Counted from the first letter of the stretch, positions 12,540 through 28,635 are shown. The stretch: 64,000 nucleotides of DNA from Malacoraja senta (GCA_038087875.1 CM075989.1:1054001-1118000), one strand, 5' to 3'. Made by a program: numbers and translations. The notes: a model not told the origin generated them from the letters alone.

Positions 12540-14348
12540 AACATTTGCAGCATCTTACTGCAGACATTGAAGGAGCGAAGCCTCCTCAGAAAGTAGAGAC
12601 GGCTCTGTCCCTTCTTGTACAGTGCCTCAGCGTTCCTGGATCAGTCCAGTTTACTGACAAGGCAAACTTCAAGGTACTTGTTCTCCTTGGTCAACTGCAC
12701 ATCCACACCCTGATAGAGACAGGGGTGTTCCTCTCCTCCTAAAGTCCACCATTATCTCCTTAGTCTTATCAGTGATGAGCTGCAGCTGTTTCGGTCCACA
12801 CCATTCAACAAAGTCATTGACTACACATCTGTATCCAGCTTCCCTCCCCTTACTGATACAGCCCACAATTACAGAGTCATCCGAAAACTTCTGCAGGTGG
12901 CAGGAATCCGCGTCGTATCTGAAGTCCGAGGTGTAGATGGTGAACAGGAAGGGAGAGAGGACCGTCCTCTGTGGAGCCCCTGTGTTGGTCACTACAATGT
13001 CCGAGACACAGTTCTGTAGCCTGATGTACTGTGGTCGTCCAGTCATGTAGTTGGTGATCCAGGACACCAATGGAGCTTCCTCTCGCAACTTCATCAGTTT
13101 GCTCCCTCGAAGTGCAGGGATGACGTTAAAAGCACTGGAGAAGTTTAAAAAAACATGACTCACAGTGTTCCTGGTTTATCCAGGTGAGCATTGGAACAAT
13201 AGAGCAGGTGGAAGATGACATCTTCAACTCCTTTTTTTGTTAAGCAAACTGCAAGGGGTCCAGGTAGGGTTTAAACAGGGGTCGCGGGTGAGTGAACACC
13301 AGCCTCTCCAGGGACTTCATGATGTGTGAAGTCAGCACCACCGGTCTGTAGTCATTGGAGGAGCTGGGATGCGTCCTCTTTGGTACAGGAACCAGGCAGG
13401 ATGTCTTCCACATCACAGGAACCCTCTCCAGGCTCAGGTTGAAGATATGCTGGAGTACTCCGCACAACTGGCTGGTACACTCCTTGAGTACCCTAGGGCT
13501 GACACTATCGGGGCCAGTGGCATTGCCTGGGCGGAGTCTGCTCAGCCCCTTCCTCACCTGCTCAGCCTTGATGGTCAGGCTCGGTAAAGAAAGAGCAGAG
13601 GAAGTGGACCAGGGGGATTAAGAGGGAGAGTCTGTCAGGGAGCAGGGGGGAGGGTGGGCAGAGGTCCCTCAAATCAATTAACAAGCAGGTTTAGCTCATT
13701 GGTCCAGTCCTGATTGCTTCCCTCCCTTGACCACTGGTCAGCTTGTAGACTGTAATGCTCTTCATCCCGCTCCACACATCCCTCATGTTGTTCTGTTGGA
13801 GTTTCAGCTCCAGCTTCCTCTTGTCGTCGTCCTTGCCCTGTCTTAGACTCATCTACCTGTTTCACCTACTCCCTGTCACCATTTCTGAAGGCCCTCTTCT
13901 TCTGGTTGAGAAGGGCCTTGATGACACTGGTGACCCCGGGCTTGTTGTTGGGGAAACAGTGTACAGTCTCTTCAGCGACATTATCCACACAGAAATTGAT
14001 GTAACTGGAAACATAGTCCATGAGCTCATCAATATCCTCCGCATGAGGACCACAGAGTGCACCCCAGTCTGTGACCACAAAATAGCCCTGTAGAGCGTCA
14101 CAGGCCTCCTGTAACCACCTCCTCACTGATCTTGTGGTCACGGGCAGCCTCTGGACCATTGACCTATATCTGAGTAGGAGATGGACCAAGTTGTGGTTGG
14201 ATCATCCCAGTGGCGAAAGGGGTATGAGCCTTACGGCTCTTTAACACTGGCATACAGCAGGTCCAATGTTTTCATATCCCTGGTGGGACAGTCAACAAAC
14301 TGAAGTAAAGTGGTTAAGGTAGCGTCCAGAGTCACGTGGTTGAAATCC
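12540..14348 (-). mobile_element. Rex1/Babar retrotransposon, degenerate, includes endonuclease-end/linker region
   Basis: FPNNKPGVT, ATGPDSVSPRVLK, NDYRPVVLTS, TGAPQRTVLSPFLF and QKFSDDS across several frames. Confidence 0.85.
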
Positions 14349-15639
14349 CACAAGAAAGACAGTTAATCTCATTGGAAAGTTCGTAAGGAGCTTGTCATAG
14401 TGGATACAGGAAGGGCATGTGAAATATAAACATGATCCAACTGACATGAGGGACTGAGAGACCAGGTCTCCTTTTATTACTTATGTCCCCATGTAATGTT
14501 GCTAACATGGCAGCCATTTTGACCAAAGCAAGCTACCTTAAGCAGCAATGAAATAACTGACCAAATAATTTACTTACAGTGAAGTTGGTTAAAGATTCAA
14601 CATTGACCAGGGATTTGTATAAAACTACACTTCATTCTTGTTTTCGAGCAATATCAGGATATTGAATATCTTGTATGTTCAATATCTACTCAAGAGATCT
14701 GGCTTAAAGATACTTTGGAAACAATGAATTTCTGGCAGCGCAAGACTCAATCAACAAGTTTGGTTTAAACCCGGATCTGCAGTTTTTTCTCACACACTGA
14801 GCAATTTTTATTGTTTTTTGAGATAGGAATTAATGTACTTTGGGTGAGTAATAAATAGACCGCCCTGCTGGACTTTCAATGGTTTTGTAACTTCCTTGGT
14901 GATAGGGGCCCTCTTGTAGGGATTAGATATTATATGTGTGCAATGGTCCCAACACTTGCTTCTGGTGTGGGCAAGAACTCCTCTTTTTAAACCTTAGCCA
15001 ATATGGCAGGCAGTTTGTCAGCTTCCCTGTATTCTGCGACCTTGGGTTTCAACACTATGTATGGAACATAAACGCATGTGGACCCAATTCCTAGTCTCAG
15101 TCCAAAAAACCCGGATACAAGCCTGAGTGACTCTCTGACATGACCTTGACAAATAAATATTCCCAGGGCATGGATACAGCTGCAGCTAATTTTTTTATTG
15201 AGCCTTTCCAGTTCAAATTCACAACACTTTCTCAACTGAGATTTCAGCTCGTATTCCTTTTCAAAACAGTTTACAAATGCTGTCAATTTAAGGTAAATTC
15301 TGTACTTTCTTGAATAGAGAGAGAGCCAATGCTTATTTTGATCTGAAAAAATAACACTGTTTCGGCAGAGAAGTTCACTTTGTCTATCAAGTTTAATCCT
15401 GCTCTTAAAAAGCATTTCCCTTTTTGCTGTAACAAACCAATCTGGACCCAGTCCAAGGTCTAAATCTCCTCATCACCGTCAAGTCATTTAATAAACTTGC
15501 AGCTGGTTAAGATTCGACAGGTGGATGGACACAGATGTCGGGATAATCTACTGCCAAGAGGTTTGGCACATCAAGAAACAGATTGGATGTTTGAATATTG
15601 ATGTCCAGCTTGATCACACTCTGCACTTTTGTTAAGGAG

Positions 15640-18160
15640 AATATTATGAATGGTGTTAGGTAGACTGATGGGACTGAAGGCTGATAAATCCCCAGGGCCT
15701 GATGGTCTGCATCCCAAAGTACTCAAGGAGGTGGCTCTCGAAATCGTGGATGCATTGGTGATCATTTTCCAATGTTCTATAGATTCTGGATCAGTTCCTG
15801 TGGATTGGAGGGTAGTTAATGTTATCCCACTTTTCAAGAAAGGAGGGGAGAGAATGCAGGGAAATATGGACGTTAGCCTGACATCAGTGGAAGGAAAGAT
15901 GCTTGAATCGATTATTAAAGATGTAATAGCGGCACATTTGGATCGCAGTGACAGGATCGGTTAAAGTCAGCATGGATTTATGAAGAGGAAATCATATAAC
16001 CATATAACCATATAACAATTACAGCACGGAAACAGGCCATCTCGACCCTTCTAGTCCGTGCCGAACACGTATTCTCCCCTAGTCCCATATACCTGCGCTC
16101 AGACCATAACCCTTCATTCCTTTCCCGTCCATATAACTATCCAATTTATTTTTAAATGATAAAAACGAACCTGCCTCCACCACCTTCACTGGAAGCTCAT
16201 TCCACACAGCCACCACTCTCTGAGTAAAGAAGTTCCCCCTCATGTTACCCCTAAACTTCTGTCCCTTAATTCTCAAGTCATGTCCCCTTGTTTGAATCTT
16301 CCCTACTCTCAATGGGAAAAGCTTATCCACGTCAACTCTGTCTATCCCTCTCATCATTTTAAAGACCTCTATCAAGTCCCCCCTTAACCTTCTGCGCTCC
16401 AAAGAATAAAGCCCTAACTTGTTCAACCTTTCTCTGTAACTTAGTTGCTGAAACCCAGGCAACATTCTAGTAAATCTCCTCTGTACTCTCTCTATTTTGT
16501 TGACATCCTTCCTATAATTAGGCGACCAAAAATTGTACACCATACTCCAGAATTGGCCTCACCAATGCCTTGTACAATTTTAACATTACATCCCAACTTC
16601 TATACTCAATGCTCTGATTTATAAAAGCCAGCACACCAAAAGCTTTCTTTACCACCCTATCTACATGAGATTCCACTTTCAGGGAACTGTGCACAGTTAT
16701 TCCAAGATCCCTCTGTTCACCTGCATTCTTCAATTCCCTACCATTTACCATGTACGTCCTATTTTGATTTGTCCTGCCAAGATGTAGCACCTCACACTTA
16801 TCAGCATTAAACTCCATCTGCCATCTTTCAGCCCACTCTTCCAACCGGCATAAATCTCTCTGTAGACTTTGAAAATCTACTTCATTATCCACAGCCCCAC
16901 CTATCTTAGTATCATCATGCTTGACAAATCTTCTGGAATTTTTAGATGATGTAGCAAGTAAGATGGACAAGGGAGAGCCAGTAGATGTAGTGTACCTGGA
17001 CTTTCAGAAAGCCTTTGATAAGGTCCCGCACATGAGATTAACGGGCAAAATTAGAGCAATATGGTATTGGAGGTAGGGTATTGGATAGAAAATTGTTTGG
17101 CAGACAGGAAACAAAAAGTAGGGATTAATGGGTCCCTTTCAGAATGGCAGGCAGCGACTAGTGGGGTGCCACAAGGCTCGGTGCTGGGACCGCAGTGATT
17201 TACAATATACATCAATGGTTTAGATGAAGGAATTAAAAGTAACATTAGCAAATTTGCAGATGACCCAAAGCTGGATGGCAGTGTGAACTGTGAAGAAGAT
17301 GCTATGAGGATGCCGGGTGATTTGGACAGGTTTGTTGAGTGGGCAGATGCATGGCAGATGCAGTATAATGTGGATAAATGTGAGGCATGAACGGGAAGGC
17401 AGAATGGTGTCAGGTTAGGAAAAGGGGAAGTACAACGAGACCTGGGTGTCCTTGTACATCAGTCACTGAAAGTAAGCATGCAGGTACAGCAGGCTGTGAA
17501 GAGAGCTAATGGCATGTTGGCCTTCTTATCAAGTGGAGTTGAGTATAGGAGCAAAGAGGTCCTTCTGCAGTTGTACAGGGCCCTGGTGGGACCACACCTG
17601 GAGTATTGTGTGCAGTTTTGGTGCCCTAATTTGAGGAAGGACATTCTTGTATTGAGGGAGTGCTGCGTAGATTGACAAGGTTCATTCCCCGGATGGCGAG
17701 ACTGTCGTATGATGAAAGAATAGAGCGACTGGGCTTGTATTCACTGGAATTTAGAAGGATGAGAGGCAATCATATAGAAACATTTAAAATTAGTAAGGGA
17801 TTAGACATGCTAGTTGCAGGAAATATGTTCCCGATGTTTGGGGAGTTCAGAACCAGGGGCCACAGTTTAAGGATAAGGGGTCAGCCATTTAGAACTGAGA
17901 TGAGGAAAAACTTTTTCACACAGAGAGTGTGAATTTGTGGAATTCTCTGCCTCAGAAGGCGGTGGAGGTCTATTCACTGGATGCATTCAAAAGAGAGTTA
18001 GATAGAGTTAAGACTAGCTGAATCAAGATTTTAGGGGAGAAGGCAGGAACGGGGTACTGATTATGGAAGATCTGCCATGACCACATTGAATGACGGTGCT
18101 GGCACGAAGGGCCGATTGGCCAACTCCTGCACCTATTGTCTTTGTATCTATGTATCTATG
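15640..18160 (+). mobile_element. CR1 LINE, degenerate, with a nested younger CR1
   Basis: DKSPGPDGLHPKVLKE, LYRALVGPHLEYCVQFW and RTRGHSL. Sequence resumes at 16917 after the insertion. Confidence 0.9.
15994..16916 (-). mobile_element. Young CR1 3' fragment, (ATATGGTT)n-tail subfamily
   Basis: DDTKIGG through to the ORF2 end. Tail at 15994-16017. ATCAT is duplicated at both junctions. Confidence 0.92.
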
Positions 18161-19250
18161 TAATCTGAGGGGTAACATCTTCACACATCGTGTGGCGGGT
18201 GTATGGAACAAACTGCCAGAGGAGGTAGTTGCGGCTGGGACTATCCCAATGTTTAGGAAACAGTGAGACAGGTACATGGATTGGACAGATTTGGAAGGAT
18301 ATGGACCAAATGCAGGCAGATGGGACTAGTGTAAGGAAGTAAGTAAGTAAATTTTATTTATATAGCACGTTTAAATCAACTCGTGTTGAAACCAAGGTGC
18401 TTTACATAAAATAAATAATTAAGTTTCCGTACATCCATAGAAAATTAAAAATAAGAAAAATGACACAACAGGTTATAGAATTCAACATGAACGCCCCCCC
18501 CACAACAGAATCAAAAAATGTCCACTGTGGAGAAAGGCATCAAAAAGTTAAGTTCTCCTCCTCTGTGAATCAACCGAGGTCGGGGCCTATTTGTGGCCTC
18601 CGCAGCCAGACCGATGTTTTTTGGCCCTCTTGCCGGAAAGCTGGAACTCCAGTGTCTGGTGAACACTCTTCTGTAGCTTGGAATGTCTGGAGCGGCCGCT
18701 CCCTCCCCGGAGACCGCGGCACCCGAAGTCCTCAGGCTCCGACTCTGGTGATCTCGGATCCCAGGCTCAGCGGTGTTCCAAATCCAGCGCCGCCCGTGGC
18801 TGGACGCTCCGCAGCCACAGCTCCTCGGATGTTGGAGTCGCCGGTCACCGCACTCCGGAGCTTACCGCACGGCGACCCGGTAAGGCATCGCCCGCTCCAT
18901 GTTGGTGTCCCAGCGCTGTGCCGCCATCGAAGCTGTAGTCCTGGCCGGTCCTGACAGGAAACGCCGCTCCAGTCCGATGGTGGGCCGTGAGGAAGGGGTG
19001 AAGAAACAGCTCGGAGCGAAGCCGCCTCTCCGACCAGGTAGAGGACTAAGAAATAAAGTTTCCCCCTTCCCCTCCCCCACCCACCACATAAAAGACCTCC
19101 AACTAACATTTTGTTTTTTAACAGGACAAAAAATAAAAATAAAAAAGGGTGAAAGGGCAGACTGCAGACTGTAGCTGGAACATGTTGGCCCATGTGGGCA
19201 AGTTGGGCTGAAGGGCCTGTTTCCACACTGTGTCACTCTATGACTCTTTG
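18161..19250 (+). mobile_element. CR1 3' fragment split by a non-autonomous element
   Basis: gggactagtgta (to ~18333) resumes as tgtagctggaacatg at 19170. Confidence 0.8.
18334..19170 (-). mobile_element. GC-rich non-autonomous retroposon
   Basis: (CTTA)n tail. The 5' block ctacctggtcggagaggc is shared with 41300-41320, and ccccggagaccgcggc is shared with ~6165-6181. Confidence 0.65.
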
Positions 19251-19269
19251 ATTCTTGAGGGATCCCATT

Positions 19270-20280
19270 CCCTTTCCAGTTACCCTTTTTCCCTTAATGT
19301 ACATACAATCTCTTGAGGTTATCCTTTATGTTATCTGCCAGAGCCATTTTGCCCTCTTGATTCTCTTTTTTTGCTTGCTCCTTTGTTCCCAAAACTCCTC
19401 CCGGGATACACCAGCAGCCTATACCTGCCCCACTCCTTGCTCTTCCCCAAAGCTTCAATTCCCCTCAACAAACAAGCTTTCTTACGCCCACCTGCCTTGC
19501 CCTTCACTCTAACATGAGCATGCATGTTGTGAACTCTTGCCAACACATTTTTTAAAACATCCCATTTCCTGCTGTTCCTTTTCCTTCAAACACCCTGGTC
19601 CAATCAATGAGTGAATTCCTGTCTGATATCTTCAATATTGTCTTGCCCCAATTCAGAATTTTAACTCGTGGGTACACCCTATCTCTACCCATAACTATCT
19701 TAAAGCTAATAGAACAGTAGTCGCTGGTCCCAAAAGGATCATCCACAAACACTTCATCCACTTGTTCTTTCCAATTTCCCAAGGCTAGATCCAGCATTGA
19801 CCTCTCCTGTGTGGGCCCTGTACATATCACCCTTCACACCAACTTCTAGTCTGTCACCTGCCTTTGTCCTGCAAGGGATCATACCCCTCTGCCAATCTAG
19901 TTTCAACCCACCTGTGTAGCATTAGCAGACCTGCCTGCCAGGATATTGATAGCCCTCCAGTTAAAGTACAACCCGTTCCTCTTGCACAGGTCACCTCCGG
20001 CCCAGAAGAGATCCCAGTGGTCCAGAAATCTGAATCCCTGCCCCGTGCACCAACTGCTTAGCCACACCTTCATCTCGACTATCTTCCTGTTCTTACCCTC
20101 ACTAGCACGTGGCACTGGAAGCAATCCAGAAATCATGACCCTGAGGTCCTGCTTTTTGCATTTTACTTAACTTCCAATACTCATATTGCAGTACCTCATT
20201 TTCATTACTACCTATATCATTTGTGCCAACATGCACAATGACTTCCGGCTGCTCCCCCTCCCTCTTGAGGATGTCATGAA
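19270..20280 (-). mobile_element. CR1 fragment: ORF1 SGNH-esterase remnant and ORF2 endonuclease end
   Basis: EQPEVIVHVGTNDIG, ISGLLPVPRASEGKNRKI..FRFLDHWDLFW, LDLALGN..GTSDY. Confidence 0.85.
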
Positions 20281-20603
20281 ATAATGATAAAATAGCAGAA
20301 TAATGAGATTGGAGTCCCTGAGAGCAGATGAGGACGATGTCAGTGATCGGGAAGTCGACAAGAGTGAGATCAGGGATACAGGGAACAGGCAATGGGAAGA
20401 TGCTGATCCTGTTGGTACATGGGACAATACAGAGCAGGAACAGGCCCTTCGACCCACAGTGCCAAACATAATGCCATTCAACTAATCTCACTGCCGGCAC
20501 GTGACCTACATATCCATGTGCCTATCCAAAAATCTCGTAAACACCAATATTGTATCTGCCTCCACCACCACAAAGTGCCCACCTGTGCTTGTGTTGTCAC
20601 TTA

Positions 20604-21467
20604 TGGGCCTGTCCCACTTAGGCGATTTTTCAGGCGACTGCCGGTGACTGTCAAGTTGCTGGCAATCGCCTGAAAAGCCGGCAACTGGAATGGCGACTGT
20701 CAGAGTGGAACACACACACACACACAAACACATCACAAAGGCGGGGGCCAGGGCAAGCGTGGGGAGCACTGTCTGAAATTCACACGGTGCAAAGCCAAGG
20801 TGATACAGACACACATCGCGATGAACAGGAAGGTTGGCGCTGTAATTAAGACAAGCATAGTGTATGGTAAGTCCTTTAAAAGAGGGGGGCAGAGGTGGGG
20901 GATGAAGAGGGGAGAAGGAGGAAGAAGGAGGGAGAAGGAGGGAGAAGGAGGCAGAAGGAGGGAGAAGGAGAAGGAGGGACAAGGAGGGACAAGGAGTGAA
21001 GACAACTTTTAAGATGCCAGCCAATTTTTAATAAGCCAGAGATGCACGGCTGTGAAGCTCAGCGGACATTTAACATTACCGGTCGGTTATCCTTGGTTCT
21101 GAAAACTCCTGATTTTATTTCCCCAATGAGCCAATGAAATCCAACGGTCAGCACCGGCTACAACCTACAAGAACCCATGAGAACCTTCGACCTCCTGGCA
21201 ACCCACTAGGACTTCCTGGCGACCCAACTACGGCTCGAGAATTCTCGCTACACTCCATGGCGGTTTCATTCTAGTCGCCGCTAATTTTTCAACATGATGA
21301 AATATTCTTGCCGACCATAATGAGGCCATGACTAGTTCCCAGAATGCGAGAACTCCTCATGACAATGAAGGTGACTCCCCGGCAACCACCCGCGAACATG
21401 TGGCGACCATGTGGCGACTGCAAAGTCTCCTGCAGTCGCCTAAAAATTTGCCTGTGTGGGACAGGCC
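20604..21467. mobile_element. PIF/Harbinger-type MITE
   Basis: ~36-bp imperfect TIR GGCCTGTCCCAC..AGGCGA.TTTT.AGGCGACTGC. TTA lies on the left flank; the right end is eroded. Confidence 0.8.
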
Positions 21468-22532
21468 AAAAACTCTGCTCCTCTTGTCTGAAAGCTCTGC
21501 CCTGTAGTCTTTGACATTTTTTTCCATCTGAAGAACTTTCTGACTATCTATCAATGGCTCCCAGAATTTTATAAACTAATCAGATCATTAGGTCCCCCGT
21601 CATGAGTACCTGAGAAGTTGGTCAGAAATACCAAGGGAGGCTGAATGTGAAGACAGGGATTCCTGGAGCAGCTGAGAGGGAGGTTGGAGTGTGTGAGTGC
21701 CGCAAGGGGAGCAACAGAGAGCCCCATCAGACACTGTCAATGTGCAAGGTGGGGTCAGAGACCCTTGCAGTAGCCGAGTAAGAGATCGGAGTCGCTGTAT
21801 GGGAGGTCAGAAACCCACAGAACAGGCACACCATGAGCTTCCGACACCTGGGTTAGCAGGTCAGAAAATTCAGCCACTGCGGAAATGACCAGTGCTCGAA
21901 TCCACAATTCCAGCACCAATGCATTTCTTGTAAAATCTTGTAATTTAAAAAATAATGGTTAAAACAAATCCACATAATAAACTAGAGACGATCAAGTTCT
22001 TCTAAATTGCACTAGTTTCATCAGTTAACACAAATTACAAAATACATGATCAGAGTTAAAGAACATAACTATCATGGACTATCTTGAAATAAGTGCATGG
22101 AAATTCCGATCAGTGTTCTGGCAGTACATCAGTTTATCATCACAGCTGTAGATCCGCCCTTCATCTTTCCTATTTGAGAGAGTTTGCTGTGTGCAGATTG
22201 GCAATGCTGGTATTGCTGGCACCTCACAACTTCAGGGGTCTGTCTACTCAGGGTATCATAGAGTGGCACAGCACGGAGGTGGGCACTTTGGCCCGGCTCA
22301 TTCATGCCAGGATGCCTCATCTCGGCTTGTGACAGCAGCATTGTCACTGGAGTTTGTACAGTCTCCCTCTCCCTACATGGTTATCTCCGTGATGCTCAAT
22401 TTCCCTCCTGCACTCCAAGGATGTGCCGGATAGTAAGTTGATTGGTCACTCTGAGTTACCCCTAGTGTAGGTGGCATTAGGTGAGAATGGCAATGTTTAA
22501 GCGGGAAATGCAGAGCTAGTTTTTTAACACAT

Positions 22533-22661
22533 GGTGTTGGTTGCCTAGAACGTGCTGCTAGGGATGGTGGTGGAGGGTGTTGGTTGCCTAGAACGTGCTC
22601 CTAGGGATGGTGGTGGAGGGTGTTGGTTGCCTAGAACGTGCTGCTAGGGATGGTGGTGGAG
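22533..22661. repeat. 3 x 43-bp tandem repeat inside an old CR1 3' fragment
   Basis: Unit ggtgttggttgcctagaacgtgctgctagggatggtggtggag, with one mismatch among the three copies. Confidence 0.95.
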
Positions 22662-22900
22662 GCAGATACATAGAACATAGAATAGAACAGTACAAGAACA
22701 TTTCTTATAATTATCTGTGCTGAACACGATGCCACAACCATCACTTGTCTACCTGCAGATAATCCGTATCCCTCCTTTCAATGCATATCAATATGCCTAT
22801 TTAAAACTCTTTTAAATGCTACTAACATAAATGCTTCAACCACCTTCCCTGGCTGCTTGTTCCAGGCACACCACGCGCTATTTCCCTGTTCATCTATCTA

Positions 22901-22987
<87 letters not shown>

Positions 22988-23024
22988 TTCTGTCTTTCCG
23001 TCTTTCCGTCTTTCCGTCTATCCG

Positions 23025-25320
23025 TCGGGGAGCACTTCGGGTCCAGTGAACACAATACCATTAGTTTCAATATAATTATGGAGAGGGTCAGAACTGGACC
23101 TAGGGTTGAGATTTTTGATTGGAGAAAGGCTAACTTTGAGGAGATGCGAAAGGATTTAAAAGGAGTGAATTGGGACATGTTGTTTTATGGGAAGGATGTA
23201 GAAGAGAAATGGAGGACATTTAAAGGTGACATTTTAAGAGTACAGAATCTTTATGTCCCTGTTCGGTTGAAAGGAAATAGTAAAAATTGGAAAGAGCCAT
23301 GGTTTTCAAGGGAAATTGGACACGGTTCGGAAAAAGAGAGAGATCTACAATTATTATAGGCAGCATGGAGTAAATGAGGTGCTTGAGGAGTATAAAGAAT
23401 GTAAAAAGAATATTAAGAAAGAAATTAGAAAAGCTAAAAGAAGATACGAGGTTGCTTTGGCAAGTAAGATGAAAGTAAATCCAAAGGGTTTCTACAACTA
23501 TATTAATAGCAAAAGGATAACAAGGAATAAAATTGGTCCATTAGAGAGTCAGAGTGGACAGCTATCTGCAGAGCCAAAAGAGATGGGGGAGATATTGAAC
23601 AATTTCTTTTCTTCGGTATTCACCAAGGAGAAGGATATGGAATTATGTGAGGTAAGAGAAACAAGCAGAGTAGCAATGGAAACTATGAGATTCAAAGAAG
23701 AGGAGGTGCGGACACATTTGAAAAATATGAAAATGGATAAGTCTCCAGGTCCTGACAGGATATTCCCTAGGACATTGAGGGAAGTTAGTGTAGAAATAGC
23801 AGGGGCTATGACAGAAATATTTCAAATGTCATTAGAAACGGGAATAGTGCCGGAGGATTGGCGTACTGCGCATATTGTTCCATTGTTTAAAAAGGGTTCT
23901 AATAGTAAACCTAGCAATTACAGACCTGTTAGTTTGACGTCATTGGTGGGCAAATTAATGGAAAAGATACTTAGAGATAATATATATAAGCATCTGGATA
24001 AGCAGGGTCTGATTAGGTACAGTCAACATGGATTTGTGCCTGGAAAGTCGTGTTTGACTAATCTTCTTTAATTTTTCGAAGAGGTTACTGGGGAAATTGA
24101 TGAGGGTAAAGCAGTGGATGTTGTCTATATGGACTTCAGTAAGGCCTTTGACAAGGTTCCTCATGGAAGGTTGGTTAAGAAGATTCAATTGTTGGGTATT
24201 AATGGTGGAGTAGCAAGATGGATTCAACAGTGGCTGAATGGGAGATGCCAGAGAGTAATGGTGGATGGCTGTTTGTCAGGTTGGAGGCCGGTGAATAGTG
24301 GGGTGCCTCAGGGGTCTGTGTTGGGTCCAATGTTGTTTGTCATGTACATCAATGATCTGGATGATGGTGTGGAAAATTGGATTAGTAAGTATGCAGATGA
24401 TACTAAGATAGGTGGTGTTGTGGATAATGAAGTAGATTTTCAAAGTCTACAGAGAGATTTAGGCCATTTGGAAGAGTGGGCTGAAAGATGGCAGATGGAG
24501 TTTAATGCTGATAAATGTGAGGTGCTACATCTCGGCAGGATAAATCAAAATAGGACGTACATGGTAAATGGTAGCGAATTGAGGAATTCAGTTGAACAGA
24601 GGGATCTAGGAATAACTGTGCATAATTCCCTGAAGGTGGAATCTCATGTAGATAGGATGGTAAAGAAAGCTTTTGGTGTGCTGGCCTTTATAAATCAGAG
24701 CATTGAATATAGAAGTTGGGATGTAATGATAAAATTGTACAAGGCATTGGTGAGGCCAATTCTGGAGTATGGAGTACAATTTTGGTCGCCTAATTATAGG
24801 AAGGATGTCAACAAAATAGAGAGAGTACAGAGGAGATTTACTAGAATGTTGCCTTGGTTTCAGCAACTAAGTTACAGAGAATGGTTGAACAAGTTAGGTC
24901 TTCATTCTTTGGAGCACAGAAGGTTAAGAGGGGACTTGATAGAGGTCTTTAAAATGATGAGCGGGTTAGACAGAGTTGACGTGGATATGCTTTTCCCATT
25001 GAGAGTAGGGAAGATTCAAACAAGGGGACATGACTTGAGAATTAAGGGACAGAAGTTTAGGGGTAACATTAGGGGAACTTCTTTACTCAGAGAGTGGTAG
25101 CTGTATGGAATGAGCTTCCAGTGGAAGTGGTGGAGGCTGGTTCGATTTTATCCTTTAAAAATAGATTGGATGGGTATATGGACGGGAACGGAATGGAGGG
25201 TTATGGTCTGAGTGCAGGTAGATGGGACTAGGGGAAAGTAATAAAAAAATAAAATAAAAAATAAGTGTTCGGCACGGGATGGCCTGTTTCCGTGCTGTAA
25301 TGGTTATATGGTTATATGGT
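23025..25320 (+). mobile_element. Young CR1 LINE, 5'-truncated
   Basis: Near-continuous ORF2 and an (ATATGGTT)n tail. Highly similar to 33387-35678. Confidence 0.95.
23078..25100 (+). pseudogene. CR1 ORF2 reverse transcriptase, disrupted (frameshift ~23323, stop 24069-24071, frameshift ~25070)
   Basis: KSPGPDRI, NYRPVSLTS, DFSKAFDKVPH, SGVPQGSVLGP, KYADDTK. Confidence 0.9.
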
Positions 25321-25450
25321 TATCCGTCTATCCGTCTATCCATCTGTCCGTCTGTCCGTCTGCCCATCTGCCCGTCTGTCCTTCTGCCCGTCTGCCCATC
25401 TGTCCGTCTGTCCGTCTGCCCGTCTGCCCATCTGTCCGTCCATTTGTCTA

Positions 25451-27090
<1,640 letters not shown>

Positions 27091-27501
27091 TTAACTATTA
27101 AAAGTCTGATCTTGTATGTGGATGTATTTGTTTGTGTGTGTATTTGTTTGTGTGTGTGTAATCACATCTTCGCGAAAAAATGCTGCGGTAATGGTGACAT
27201 GTTTACATATTCCGGTAGACATTTCAGTGGAGTCCAAAAGCGCCTTATCTGAAAATGTCATGCTTTATACTCGAGTTATACTGAAAATGTTCAAAAATCT
27301 GACAAAACGTTGAATTTAAAAACGACTGTCTTTTGCTGATGATGTCACAATGGGTTCCACGCGCTGCGAGTGAAGTCAACCCCCGACCCCTCCCTGGTTA
27401 CTCAAAGGACACAGAAACAACGAGCAAGTTGGGCCCTGTACTGGAGGCTCTCGGCTCAGTGTCGGGTCCATCTCGGTTCACTCGGGTCCTTGGTTCCTCG
27501 G

Positions 27502-27625
27502 TCCCTCTCTGCCTCTCTCTCTCTCTTGGCCCTCTCTCTCTCTCTGCCCCCCTCTCTCTCTCTCACTCCCTCTCTCTCTCTCTCTCTCTCTCTGCCTCTC
27601 TCTCTCTCTGCCCCTCTCTCTCTCA

Positions 27626-27667
<42 letters not shown>

Positions 27668-28635
27668 TCTCTCTCTCTCTGCCTCTCTCTCTGTCTGCCC
27701 CTCTCTCTCTCTCCGCCCCCTCTCTCCCTCTCTCTCTGCCCCTTTCTCTCTCGCTCTCTGTCCCTCTCTCTCTCTCTCTCTCTCTCTGTGCCCATCTCTC
27801 TCTCACTGCAACTCCCTCTCTCTCTGCCCCCCCCTCTCTCTCCCTGCCCCCCTCTCTCTCTCTCTCTCTCTGCCCCTCGCTCTCTTTCTGCCCTCTCCCT
27901 CTCTCTACACCCTCTCCTTCTCTGCCCCTTTCTCTGCCCTCTCTCCATCTCTGCCCTCTGCCCTCTCTCTGTATCTGTCCTCTCTCTGTATCTGCGCTCT
28001 TTCTGTCTCTGCCCTCTCTCTGTATCTGCCCTCTCTCTGCCTCTGCCCTCTCTCTGCCTATGTCCTCTCTCTGTATCTGTCCAATCTCTGTCTCTGCCCT
28101 CTCTCTGCCTCTGCCCTCTCTCTGTATCTGCCCTCCCTCTGCCTTTGCCCTCTCTCTGTATCTTCCCTCTCTCTCTGTATCTTCCCTCTCTCTCTGTATC
28201 TGCCCTCTCTCTGTATCTGCCCTCTCTCTGTATCTGCCCTCTCTCTGTATCTGCCCTCTCTCTGTATCTGCCCTCTCTCTGTCTCTGCCCTCTCTCTGTC
28301 TCTGCCATGTCTCTGTCTCTGCCCTCTCTCTGTCTATGGCCCCCCTCTCTCTCTGCCCTCTCTCTCTCTGCCCTCTGTCCCCCTCTGCTTCTACCCACTG
28401 CCTATGTCCTCTGCCCTCTGTCCCTGACCTCGTCCCTCTGCCCCTGGCCTCTGCCCTCCGTTCCTGCCCTCTGTCTCAGCCCTCTGTATCTGCCCTGTGC
28501 CCTTGCCCCCTGCCTTCTGTCTCTACCCTCTGTCTCCGTCTCTGCCCTCTGTCTCTGGCCTCTGACTCTACCCTCTGTCACTGCCCCAGGCCCTCTGTCC
28601 CTGACCTTTCTACCTCCCTCCCTCTCCCTCTCTAG
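27502..28635. repeat. (CT)n / (ctctctctgtatctgcc)n pyrimidine tract in Helitron 2
   Basis: Directly visible, with a higher-order 17-bp unit around 28190-28280. Confidence 0.95.

Noticed and set aside
14987..15415. 142-aa ORF in non-repetitive DNA
   Set aside because: No recognisable motif or exon structure; a BLASTX search would be needed.
16518..16970. 150-aa ORF with a novel N-terminus
   Set aside because: A chimera across the junction of two oppositely oriented CR1 copies.
20303..20420. Acidic peptide that looks like an exon
   Set aside because: Weak splice signals, flanked by repeat fragments, and no homology recognised.
22533..22661. Possible CRISPR-like direct repeats
   Set aside because: Contiguous 43-bp units with no spacers, derived from CR1 sequence in a vertebrate genome.
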